A stretch of DNA of 64,000 bases from Candidatus Kapaibacterium sp. (GTDB lineage Bacteria; Bacteroidota; Ignavibacteria; Kapaibacteriales; HRBIN21): contig CALKEU010000005.1 of assembly GCA_938084565.1 (NCBI GenBank), positions 5,715-69,714 on the forward strand, read 5' to 3'. Numbering within the stretch: position 1 is the first letter of the stretch; each line of letters begins with the position of its first letter. Positions 1-8,426 of this stretch are shown here, in pieces. Below the pieces are notes generated by a model. It saw only the letters and a program-made list of their open reading frames with translations, was not told where the DNA came from and made no database searches. The position numbers were made by a program, and so were the translations under genes.

Positions 1-1640
1 AGCACGAGCCCTTTGTGGGTGAGCTGGTGCTGGGCATAGAGCGTCAGGAGGCGCGGGCGGACGGAGAAGAGATCGTTGTTGAGCCCAAGGGGAGGTATCC
101 ATGGGGCGAAAATTTCGCAGTAGTGTAACTCCTGCAGGCGGAGTTCGGCACCTGTTTTGAGCTGATTCTTCTCGGCCAGGAAGGCTGTCAAATCGGCTTT
201 CACCGTGAGTTCGCGCGCAAAGCGCTGGTGCCAACTCCAGGCTGTGCCAATGTCATAGAAGCCGTCGCCGGGGATGATCCCCGTACGGGTGGAATCGCCT
301 GTATCGTAGTACTGTGGAGGGAGGGTTGGGATGTCTTGGGGCTCGCTGTATTGGGTGTAGTCCCGTCCGTTGGCGTCGCCGCGGGTGTACCATCCAGTAA
401 AGCTGAGGCGGAATTCAGTGTAAAGACGCGGACCCAGACTCTGCTGCCATGCCAGTGAGTGGAGTTGGGAGAGGGTCGAGAAGGTTAGCGCACCATCGAA
501 GTGCCCTTGGAATTTGTACTGGTAGCCCGGCTCCGGGGGGAGGTAGTCGAGCGTAGCTGATACGGTACGCAAGTTTTGGTTGAGTGCCATACTACGGGCC
601 GTCGTGTAGAGGAGTCGTGTCGTCGGGGTCAATTGCCAGCTCAGCTTGAGGAAGGCAGAGAAACTGTTGTCCTGCCGTTGCGCAAGCCATGCAGGGAGGA
701 TCGGGGAGCGCAGCTGAACGCGAGCAAATTCTGGAACGAGCCCATCGCTAAAGGAGGCCTCGGCATTCAGGACGAAGCCGAGCTGCCCGGGCAGCCGGAG
801 CCCAAGGCGCGGCAGGAGCCAGCGTGTCAGCGGTTCGGGGCCGCTGAGACTGAGGCTGTACCGATAGCTCTGGTAAGAGCTGCCCGTATCGCGATCGTAG
901 GGGTTGCGGCGATGGAGACGCCATTCAGGGCGCGCTTGGAGGCGCGCTCGCAGTGAGCGTGTGGGTTCGGCCGTGCGGATGTTGATAACTCCTGACGTGG
1001 CTTGCCCATACTCGGCTGCAAAGCCGCTGGTGAGGAGCTCAATCTCTTGAACAGCTTCCGGAGGGAGGGTCAACCCTCCACCAGAGCCCGCCAGCGGATC
1101 CTGGACCGAGATGCCATCGATGAGATAGGCTACCTCGTAGCCACGCCCGCCACGGAGGTGAAGCGTGTTGTCCTGTACCAACACCCCCGCTTGCTGGATC
1201 AGCGCATCCGTGATTGTGGATACGGCAGAGCGTTCGAGCTGCTGCTGCCCAATGCTCCGAAGAGATTGCGTTTGCTCAACATCCACCAGTGGTCGCTCCC
1301 CGATAATGACAACCTCCTGCCCAAGCGTAAGAGCCGTCTCTTCCAGACGGAGCACAAGACGCGTGGTATCGCCCGGCCGAATGCGGATGCCGCTGTGCCG
1401 GAGTGCCTTGTATCCTAGGAGAGTTGCTTCCAGCACGTATGTTCCTGCCGGAAGATTGCGCAGCATGAAGCTTCCGTCAGGGGCTGTAATGGTGCCATAC
1501 GTAGTGCCGACAAGGCGGACAGTAACCGAGCGAAGCGGTGCGCCAGTAGCAGCATCCACCGCACGACCGGCGAGTGCCCCGGTCTGTTGTGCCCACAGAG
1601 GGAGAGCAAGCAAGCCACCCAAGAGACTACGGCAGATCAT
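1..1640 (-). CDS. TonB-dependent receptor, N-terminal part (signal peptide, carboxypeptidase-regulatory-like domain, plug); 3' end lies beyond the window start
   Basis: Manual translation of the reverse strand from the ATG at 1640..1638 gives MICRSLLGGLLALPLWAQQTGALAGRAVDAATGAPLRSVTVRLVGTTYGTITAPDGSFMLRNLPAGTYVLEATLLGYK..., then a plug-like segment LGQEVVIIGERPLVDVEQTQSL...ITDALIQQAGVLVQ...HLRGGRGYEVAYLIDGISVQDPLAGSGGGL...AEYGQATSGVINIRT. The frame stays open to position 1. The start ATG overlaps the TGA of the upstream gene (caATGA). It is absent from the ORF track because it has no in-window stop. Confidence 0.65.
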   Translation of the reverse strand, partial: MICRSLLGGLLALPLWAQQTGALAGRAVDAATGAPLRSVTVRLVGTTYGTITAPDGSFMLRNLPAGTYVLEATLLGYKALRHSGIRIRPGDTTRLVLRLEETALTLGQEVVIIGERPLVDVEQTQSLRSIGQQQLERSAVSTITDALIQQAGVLVQDNTLHLRGGRGYEVAYLIDGISVQDPLAGSGGGLTLPPEAVQEIELLTSGFAAEYGQATSGVINIRTAEPTRSLRARLQARPEWRLHRRNPYDRDTGSSYQSYRYSLSLSGPEPLTRWLLPRLGLRLPGQLGFVLNAEASFSDGLVPEFARVQLRSPILPAWLAQRQDNSFSAFLKLSWQLTPTTRLLYTTARSMALNQNLRTVSATLDYLPPEPGYQYKFQGHFDGALTFSTLSQLHSLAWQQSLGPRLYTEFRLSFTGWYTRGDANGRDYTQYSEPQDIPTLPPQYYDTGDSTRTGIIPGDGFYDIGTAWSWHQRFARELTVKADLTAFLAEKNQLKTGAELRLQELHYCEIFAPWIPPLGLNNDLFSVRPRLLTLYAQHQLTHKGLV

Positions 1641-3193
1641 TGTAATCCGAAAGCCTCAAGCAGAATGCGTTCCAAGAGCTGTTCGGCTCCCCCGGAGCGG
1701 TTGAAGAGATGCAGGGGGAAATTCAGGAAAAAGAGCCGACGAGAGCCGCTCCGAACCCCAACGATGGGGGTCCCTGCGTAATAGGGGCTCGGGGGTAACC
1801 GATAGAGCGGGAAAGCCGTTGCATTGGGGAAGAGAGCGTGGAGGCCAACGGCTACCCCGCGCTCCTTGACCAGAACGGGGTAGGCACCCTCTGGCACAGT
1901 GCTGTCGGGTAGCAGGGCTGTACCATTTGGCAGCGCTGCAGGTGTGGAGAAGAGCTCGCGCTGACTGAGGCTATCGACAGGGGCAATGTCCGTATAAGCC
2001 GTCGGGGAAACGAGGCTCGGCAGAGTTATCACCAGCAGGAGTTTCCCGCCCGAGCGTAAGTATTCTGGCACTACAGCGTAGGCGACCTCGAGCGCCCACT
2101 GCGGATCACCGTACCAGACTACGGCCTCGAAGAGGCGCAGTGTCTCGATGAACATGGGACTCAGGAAGGGAGGAATGTTCCGTGGCGGTGTGTGCGCCGT
2201 TCGTCCGGAGCGGATGTCGAGGACATCGAACCTGTGGGCAAAGCGTCCACCGGCAATGCGCTGGAGGGCACCGGTGTAGAAGGTGTCGGCTCCGTCGGCA
2301 ATAGCGTAGTCGTGCAGTACCAGAAGTGGACCGCGAGGTTTTCGTACATACCAGCGCCGGCCTGGTGGAGGATACTCGAGCACAGGGCTGTGAAGCCCAC
2401 CGATATCGACGGCTCGGAGGAAGAAGCGGTTGTCTGCATTGGGATACAGCCCATCAGCTTCGCGAAGGGTGATAAACTCCGCCGTCGGAGGTAGCTGGGA
2501 CCACCGGCTAGTGTCATTGAGCGCCCATTCGTAGTAGGCAATGTGGCCGGGACCATCGGGATCGAAGGCGGTAAAGCGGAAGGTGGCAACGGTAAAAGTC
2601 GTCTCAGGGAGCCATACGCTCCGGGCAGCAGCATCTGTGGTATCGCTCCCCCAAAACAGTCTCGGAGGGCTGTTCCGGACGGGGTAGCGCAGGCGTGCGG
2701 GAGTAAGGTCGACCGCCCCCTCGAGCCCGAGAAAGGGCTCCCCGTCATCGTGGATGCCATTCCCGTTGAGATCGCTAAAGGCAAACCGATCCCCCTCTCG
2801 GGGCCGAGGGCTGGCGGAGTTGTCCACAGCAGCTACGGCGAAGGTGTAGATCGTATCTGTGGATCCAACGGCGAGCTGGACGACGGTATCACGACGCTCC
2901 GTATAGTACCATGCCCGACCGTCGAAGGAGAGGAGGAAGCCGACAACAACTCCATCAGGATCATCGCCACGCCAGAAGAGATGGGCTTGGCTGCGCTGGG
3001 GGGTGGCAATAGTGTCAACCCAGAGGACCGTCTCCGGTGGAAGATTATCTCGGGGGATACCTTGGAGCCCTTCAGCACAGCCGGCGAGCACTATCGCACA
3101 GACGGGCCAGCACTTTCCCCGCTTTCTCCACCTCATTCCCCACTCCACTCTCCTGCCCTGTGCCTCTGTGCTGTTATTCCCCTCTGCCGACAC
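1637..3193 (-). CDS. hypothetical lipoprotein (about 500 aa), translationally coupled to the downstream TonB-dependent receptor
   Basis: 518-aa ORF. The internal Met at 3136 gives MRWRKRGKCWPVCAIVLAGCAEG, a lipobox-like LAGC. The stop overlaps the receptor start. No recognisable catalytic motif. Confidence 0.5.
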   Translation of the reverse strand: MSAEGNNSTEAQGRRVEWGMRWRKRGKCWPVCAIVLAGCAEGLQGIPRDNLPPETVLWVDTIATPQRSQAHLFWRGDDPDGVVVGFLLSFDGRAWYYTERRDTVVQLAVGSTDTIYTFAVAAVDNSASPRPREGDRFAFSDLNGNGIHDDGEPFLGLEGAVDLTPARLRYPVRNSPPRLFWGSDTTDAAARSVWLPETTFTVATFRFTAFDPDGPGHIAYYEWALNDTSRWSQLPPTAEFITLREADGLYPNADNRFFLRAVDIGGLHSPVLEYPPPGRRWYVRKPRGPLLVLHDYAIADGADTFYTGALQRIAGGRFAHRFDVLDIRSGRTAHTPPRNIPPFLSPMFIETLRLFEAVVWYGDPQWALEVAYAVVPEYLRSGGKLLLVITLPSLVSPTAYTDIAPVDSLSQRELFSTPAALPNGTALLPDSTVPEGAYPVLVKERGVAVGLHALFPNATAFPLYRLPPSPYYAGTPIVGVRSGSRRLFFLNFPLHLFNRSGGAEQLLERILLEAFGLQ

Positions 3194-3292
3194 CTACCGA
3201 AGCAGGCCATACATGCCCAGACCTGCTACAGAGAGCTCGCCAATTGCGTTGATGCAAAGTTACGCCACTCCTGCCAAGCGAGCCCCGAGACT

Positions 3293-4333
3293 CTACGGAT
3301 ACAAGATGAAGAAGCTCAGGCGGGGCACAACATCGGTTTTGCGTCGAGGAGTCTGCTCCTTGGCCGTGTATGCGAGTATCCACACATTGGGCATCAGGTG
3401 TACCTGGGGCACCGGTGCATAGTCCAGCCCGAGGAGGGCAAAGTGGTATATGAAGCCTTCTATCCGAGCATGGCGGTCTTCGTCAACCCGGTCATAACGA
3501 GCTACCAGCCGGAGCGATGGCTCACCCACCAGCTGGATATTGCCGGAGAAACTCATCCCCAGCGAGGAGCTCGTCTGTCCCTGGGTGGGGAAATTCCGGT
3601 GCGACCGGAGAAGAAATTCGGCCCCCGCCTGAAATGTCGGTCGTCGATAGCCCAGGAAGAGCTTCAGGAGGCTGACGGTCTGCTCCGCAGGGCGAGCCTC
3701 CCAGTCGCCGTAGAGCTCGATCCAAGCCCCCCGAAAAGGCTGTAGAGCCAGCTGTCCGTAGAGCTTCTTGTAACGGTCCGTTTCCAAGCGAACCCCATCA
3801 CCACTTCCCACCATGAGGGTACTCTGCAGAGCGGTGTTTTTCCCCAGAGGAATGCGGGTGCAGAGGGCTACGCCGAAATCGGTTGAATTGCCCCAGCCCC
3901 AGAAATCGGTCACCGTACGCTCTAGGCTCCGATAGCCCCAGATTTGCTCCGACAGGTGCCAGGTAGGAGTTGGTATGATCCCGCCTCGTAGCTGCAGGAA
4001 GGGTAATCCAAGACTATCCCACCTGACAGAAGCCTCTTTGACGAAGACCGTGTAGCGACGCCGACCGTCGAGCGATACGTCATTGCTCTCGAGCAAAAGA
4101 CGGCTCGAGCAGCGTGGTCCCAGTTGCGCATCAACCCACAGATAGAAACGGCGGAACTGGAATGCGTGGTCGCCTCTCTTGTAGGCCGCATACTGCGCCC
4201 GGCCACCAGTGGAATCGCCCCCTGCTTTGTAGAAGTAGTCTCCGAAGAAGTAGCCCCGGATGGACAGCTGAGACTGTGCCCATGCAATACCCGACAGCAG
4301 ACCGAGGAACACCACACGGCAGAAGGTAGCCAT
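3293..4333 (-). CDS. putative outer-membrane beta-barrel / porin-like protein
   Basis: 346 aa. Signal peptide MATFCRVVFLGLLSGIAWAQ, an alternating amphipathic Y/F/W-rich composition, and a C-terminal aromatic-rich end (FFILYP). Confidence 0.45.
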   Translation of the reverse strand: MATFCRVVFLGLLSGIAWAQSQLSIRGYFFGDYFYKAGGDSTGGRAQYAAYKRGDHAFQFRRFYLWVDAQLGPRCSSRLLLESNDVSLDGRRRYTVFVKEASVRWDSLGLPFLQLRGGIIPTPTWHLSEQIWGYRSLERTVTDFWGWGNSTDFGVALCTRIPLGKNTALQSTLMVGSGDGVRLETDRYKKLYGQLALQPFRGAWIELYGDWEARPAEQTVSLLKLFLGYRRPTFQAGAEFLLRSHRNFPTQGQTSSSLGMSFSGNIQLVGEPSLRLVARYDRVDEDRHARIEGFIYHFALLGLDYAPVPQVHLMPNVWILAYTAKEQTPRRKTDVVPRLSFFILYP

Positions 4334-4481
4334 CGTACGTACAGCCCCAGAGAGTACAACATGCCTTTGCGCCTATGGCGCACACAAACCTAAGCTCCAT
4401 GAGGCTTCAGGAGGTATGAGCAATCTGACAAGGGAAGCTGAGATAGGTCAGCCGTGAGAAACTACCGGAGTGCGGGGTACT

Positions 4482-5210
4482 TCAGCGGCGTCGCCGCAGA
4501 CCGATGAGGAGCTGGAGTGTGATGGCCAGAGCAAATGAGCTTATAGGCGGAACCAGAAGGAGAGCCATTCCCCAGCTCAAGCGCCAATGGCCGGTTTCTC
4601 TATCGAGCTCGAAGCAGCGGAGCGCTACATCGGTACCAGGAATCGGGTAGGAGAGTACGAATTCCCCGCGGGCCTCGCGCACGAGATCCCACACAAGTAC
4701 CGGATCCTGAAAGCCTTCCATACGGCGGAGAAGGTTGCCGCGCTGATCGAGGACACAGAGCATAATCGAGTGATCGAACTCCCTGCGAGTGCTGTCGTAG
4801 TGCACGGAATACCCGAGAGCTGTCAGAAGCCGTGGAACATGTTCTTGCAGGAGGAGCCCCCACCGCCACGTGGAGTGATCGGTGAATCCAAGGCGCTGTG
4901 CCGTTGCTCGGACATCCTCAAGCCTATCTCGTGGATCAAAGCTCAGAGCCACGACAGCATACCCCTGCGGGGTTGTGCCTATGGCCTGCTTTAGGTACAA
5001 CAAGTACGGGGAGCAGAGCCCCCCACAGCGGGCCGAAAAGAGGGTGAGGAGGATGGAGTGCGAACGTATGAGGCTGTAGAGGGTTGTCTGCTCCCCGGTG
5101 GCAAGGACGAGCCGAACATCCGGTATCTTCCGCAGATAGTAATGGCCCTCGTTCAGCTGAGCCCACAGAGGGATTGCACTGATCAGGCCGAAAACACTAC
5201 ACGCCAGCAT
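4482..5210 (-). CDS. SCO1/SenC-family copper chaperone (thioredoxin-like, CxxxC)
   Basis: The ORF runs 4482..5288; the likely start is the Met at 5210 (MLACSVFGLISAIPLW, a TM/signal segment). It has a CGGLC (CxxxC) motif as in Sco proteins and sits immediately downstream of oxidase subunit I. Confidence 0.55.
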   Translation of the reverse strand: MLACSVFGLISAIPLWAQLNEGHYYLRKIPDVRLVLATGEQTTLYSLIRSHSILLTLFSARCGGLCSPYLLYLKQAIGTTPQGYAVVALSFDPRDRLEDVRATAQRLGFTDHSTWRWGLLLQEHVPRLLTALGYSVHYDSTRREFDHSIMLCVLDQRGNLLRRMEGFQDPVLVWDLVREARGEFVLSYPIPGTDVALRCFELDRETGHWRLSWGMALLLVPPISSFALAITLQLLIGLRRRR

Positions 5211-6604
5211 CGTCGCAGCACATAGATGACGAAGGGGACTACTGCGGCCAGCACCAGCAGGGCGAAGAGACCCCCGACAAGAGCCCATAGATGCCCATCG
5301 CTGACGAAGGCCGGATACTTGTCGACTCGCCGCATGACTGACAGTGAGCCCGCAATGTAGAAGGCGAGCACAAACCCTACCCCGCCGAGCAGGTACAGCG
5401 TCGTAACGGGACGGTAGAGCCGGCTACCATCATCTCCACTCTTTTCCCGCACAAACCACGTGATGAAGCCCAGGCTGAAGAGAACATTGCCCAAGAGGTT
5501 GTACGTGTGGAAGTGCGCTGGTACCCATAAGGTGTTGTGGAGGACGAAGTTGTTTGCTACAATGGCATCCAGGATGGCGCCTAGTCCCCCGATAATCCAG
5601 AACATCACACCAGCGAAGAAGAACGTTGGGGCCAGCCACCATTTCATACCCGAGCGGTACACCGTGCCGAGCACAGAGAAGGTTGTAACAGCCACGGCCG
5701 GAATCGGAGCAATCCACGAGGCCAACTGTCCAATGTACTGCACGACTGTTGGCTGCACGAAATCCATGTAGAGGTGATGGAAGTAGGCCGTCCATACAAC
5801 GACCAGCACGAGGTTCCACGCTAGCGCAACAAAGGGTTTGGTCTTGTAGGGTTGCTTACCAGCAAGGGCCGGGAAGAGCTCGTAGAGGGTTGCAATGCCA
5901 AAGTAGAGCATCTCGTTGACTAGGGTGTGCCCGAAGAAGAAGGTGAGGTTCTTCATGAGGAGCGCATCTTGCGTGGCCCCGCTGGCGTACTGGATCAAAA
6001 ACAGCCCTAGTAAGATGACCGCTGCAATGAAGGCAGGGATTAGTCCGAGCAGCGTCGTCGTTGTGATGAGGATGAAGGGAGGTGTCTCGGGTGTACTCTT
6101 CCCCAACAGGTGCTGCCACGCCAGGGCTTGTGTCAGCGGGTACCTCCGGAGGATAGCCACCAAGAGCCCCAGGGACCAAATGAACCAGCCAATCCCTAAG
6201 CTCCCTAGGGAGAGCAGAAAGACCAAAGTGGCCCATTCACTCGTGCGTGCATAGAACGGGAGGGGGTAGAGGAAGTACCATCCCGTGTGGAGATCCCCGC
6301 CAAAGATCGCTGCTAGCAGGAGGCCAACGCCAACGAGCGTCAGGACATATCCGACCGTTGCCGGCCAGACCTGCACGTTGACGTAGCGCTGCAGGAGATA
6401 GCTCACCCCTGCCATGCTCATGACAAACCAGATCCCAACCATGAGGAGGCCATGAGCGGTCATGAGGGAGTAGAAGGTCAGCGAGGAGAGCTCGAGCACA
6501 TTGGCCTGGTTCAGGCGCATGAGAATGCCGAAGAGAATAGCGATCGGGAAAACCACAGACACTGTGATAATCCACGTGGCCGTAAGGCGGTCCAATGCCG
6601 TCAT
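5183..6604 (-). CDS. heme-copper oxidase subunit I (B-family / ba3-like)
   Basis: 473 aa, polytopic. It has the HH CuB-ligand pair (AYFHHLYMDF), the helix-10 His pair context (VPAHFHTYNL), and an FFFGHTLVNEMLYF helix-6 region. The partner is a short CuA subunit II. Confidence 0.8.
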   Translation of the reverse strand: MTALDRLTATWIITVSVVFPIAILFGILMRLNQANVLELSSLTFYSLMTAHGLLMVGIWFVMSMAGVSYLLQRYVNVQVWPATVGYVLTLVGVGLLLAAIFGGDLHTGWYFLYPLPFYARTSEWATLVFLLSLGSLGIGWFIWSLGLLVAILRRYPLTQALAWQHLLGKSTPETPPFILITTTTLLGLIPAFIAAVILLGLFLIQYASGATQDALLMKNLTFFFGHTLVNEMLYFGIATLYELFPALAGKQPYKTKPFVALAWNLVLVVVWTAYFHHLYMDFVQPTVVQYIGQLASWIAPIPAVAVTTFSVLGTVYRSGMKWWLAPTFFFAGVMFWIIGGLGAILDAIVANNFVLHNTLWVPAHFHTYNLLGNVLFSLGFITWFVREKSGDDGSRLYRPVTTLYLLGGVGFVLAFYIAGSLSVMRRVDKYPAFVSDGHLWALVGGLFALLVLAAVVPFVIYVLRRCWRVVFSA

Positions 6605-6620
6605 GGTGTCCTCCGCTCAG

Positions 6621-7169
6621 TTATTCGACAACGAAGCGTGCTTGCATCCCAGCGTGAGCCGCGCCGCAGTACTCCAAACACTGGGCAATGTATTCCCCAG
6701 GCTGGTCGAAGCGCCAGCGCAGGCGATTGATATACCCCGGCATGGCCTGGACCTGAGCCACAATACGCCCATTGGGGGCGTAGAGCGCAAAACCGTGATT
6801 GACGTCAAAAGAGGTGACCCGGAATTCCACTACTTGCCCCAGAGGCAGTACGAGAGTCTGCCCTAAAGCTGCTGCGTAGTCTCCATCAGTCTCAATAGGG
6901 CGTTCTGACAGGGCAAAGGCGAACTGACGGCCAACTACGTGAATGACTCGTGCGGGTGTCTCGCTCGCATAGAGGAAGTATGGCATGCGGGAAAGTGTCA
7001 GGGCAGTAAAGATGCCGACAAATCCTACAAGCCCAACGAACACCCACCGGCGTAAGGGCTCAGCCGAGACAGGTGCTGCTGTCTTTGAACTCTGCCAAAA
7101 CCACCAGAATACTGCGGCAATGATGAACGCTCCGATGAGGAACAACATCAGTATCGTGCCCTGTGACAT
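6621..7169 (-). CDS. cytochrome c oxidase subunit II (single TM, CuA cupredoxin domain)
   Basis: 182 aa. One N-terminal TM helix. CuA motif CLEYCGAAHAGM (C-x-E-x-C-G-x-x-H-x-x-M) with an upstream His (DVNHGFAL). The short single-TM form is typical of ba3-type subunit II. Confidence 0.8.
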   Translation of the reverse strand: MSQGTILMLFLIGAFIIAAVFWWFWQSSKTAAPVSAEPLRRWVFVGLVGFVGIFTALTLSRMPYFLYASETPARVIHVVGRQFAFALSERPIETDGDYAAALGQTLVLPLGQVVEFRVTSFDVNHGFALYAPNGRIVAQVQAMPGYINRLRWRFDQPGEYIAQCLEYCGAAHAGMQARFVVE

Positions 7170-7178
7170 GGGGTCTCC

Positions 7179-7955
7179 TTATTCCTGTGGAACAGACCGA
7201 GCGTATGTCAGCAGTGGAAGGGTGGTCAGCAAGACAGCGCCGGCGATATTGCCAAGCGTGACAGGAATCTGGTTCCACAGCCACCAGTCGGCCACTGTGA
7301 TCTGCGGGCTGCCGAGCAAGATTGCCGCAGGCAATACGAACATGTTCACAACGCTGTGCTCATACCCGAGAGCGAAGAAGGCCATGATGGGGAGCCACAT
7401 CGTCAATACTTTGCCGGTGGTTGTTGTCGAGATGAAGGCGATCACCGTCCCGAGCGTCACCATCCAGTTGCAGAGAATCCCCTTCAGGGCAGCAATACCC
7501 CATCCGGCAGGACCCAGCGCCTGATAGGCGAGCGTCTTGCGAGAGGCGAGTTGAAAGAGCAAGCCGCTGAGTTTGTCGTCATGGAGGGTGAGAGCGAAAA
7601 CCAGTGCATAGAAGACTCCCCCCAGTAGGTTCCCCACATATACCCAGCACCAGTTACGCACGACGGCTCCTATGGTCAGCCGTCCAGACAAAGCGGCCAG
7701 AGGCAGCAGAGCAAAGTTGCCTGTTGCAAGTTCCAAGCCCAACAAAGCCAGGAGCACAAATCCTACAGGGAAAATCAGGGCACCGACAATCGGTGGCAGG
7801 CCCTGGGCGTGGGGAACAAGGGCCAGCGAGGTTGCATAGCCCAGTAAGGCACCCGATAGAAAACCTCGGACTAGCAGTATCCGCCGTGGCAATGTGGCTT
7901 TCTTCTGTGCCACGGCCAGCATGGCGTTCACGGCCTCTTCAGGGTGCAGGTACAT
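7179..7955 (-). CDS. formate/nitrite transporter (FNT) family channel
   Basis: 258 aa with 6 TM helices. It has FNT-like segments (LLVRGFLSGALLGYA, GxELxTGN-like LGLELATGNF, WNQIPVTLGNIAG). It ends 10 nt before coxII. Confidence 0.7.
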   Translation of the reverse strand: MYLHPEEAVNAMLAVAQKKATLPRRILLVRGFLSGALLGYATSLALVPHAQGLPPIVGALIFPVGFVLLALLGLELATGNFALLPLAALSGRLTIGAVVRNWCWVYVGNLLGGVFYALVFALTLHDDKLSGLLFQLASRKTLAYQALGPAGWGIAALKGILCNWMVTLGTVIAFISTTTTGKVLTMWLPIMAFFALGYEHSVVNMFVLPAAILLGSPQITVADWWLWNQIPVTLGNIAGAVLLTTLPLLTYARSVPQE

Positions 7956-8158
7956 CGCTACCCAATGTGGACGATGATGCTCAGATCTATCTCTGATCTC
8001 ATGCGACAGCCTTGCACAAATATATCGAACTCCAATGTTTTGGCCTCCTCAGTTGCTGCCCTCTGCTACGACTTGGAAGGAGGGCTGGATTGCCTATTTT
8101 TGCGTGGCGTGCTCGCTGCAGGTGCTGAGTCTATGCCCAATTTGGGGTAGGCTCGGAG

Positions 8159-8305
8159 AATAGGGAAGCAGGTGTAATTCCTGCGCGGTCCGTGCCGCCG
8201 TGACGGGGGACGAATCCCCAAAGCCGTAAGGCAGCCACTGTCCGCCGTGCGCGGATGGGAAGGCAGGGGAGGAGGATGAGCCCGAAGCCGGAAGACCTGC
8301 CTGCA
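8159..8305 (+). promoter_or_regulatory. cobalamin (AdoCbl) riboswitch
   Basis: AATAGGGAAGCAGGTGTAATTCCTGCGCGGTCC...GACGAATCCCC...GCCGTAAGGCAGCCACTG...GAGCCCGAAGCCGGAAGACCTGCC. It has the conserved GGTG/AATCC elements, GCCACTG (8234..8240) and a B12 box GCCGGAAGACCTGCC (8287..8301), in the same order as in the E. coli btuB leader. It lies 120 nt upstream of the 8427 ORF with an SD-like AGAGGTGAG in between. Confidence 0.75.
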
Positions 8306-8426
8306 GCTCGGTCGGATATGTGGAGCCTACACTGGATAGGTTCCCCGACAGGGCAGGGCATCTGCTGTACCCTCTCTCCACCACCGGCGAGCATGCAGAG
8401 GGTGTGTTCCACAGAAGAGGTGAGCC

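Noticed and set aside
2161-3745. Overlapping ORFs (2161..2784 -, 2543..3745 +) across the lipoprotein/porin genes
   Set aside because: They are alternative frames of GC-rich coding sequence with Ala/Arg/Gly/Pro-rich biased composition and no motifs. The same applies to the many 60-200-aa ORFs overlapping the BNR gene, ccmF, the RND pump and the AddB-like gene.
4445-4500. GC-rich hairpin GCGGCGtcGCCGC after the oxidase operon as a terminator
   Set aside because: It lies inside the C-terminal RRRR-coding end of the SCO ORF and lacks a following U-tract.
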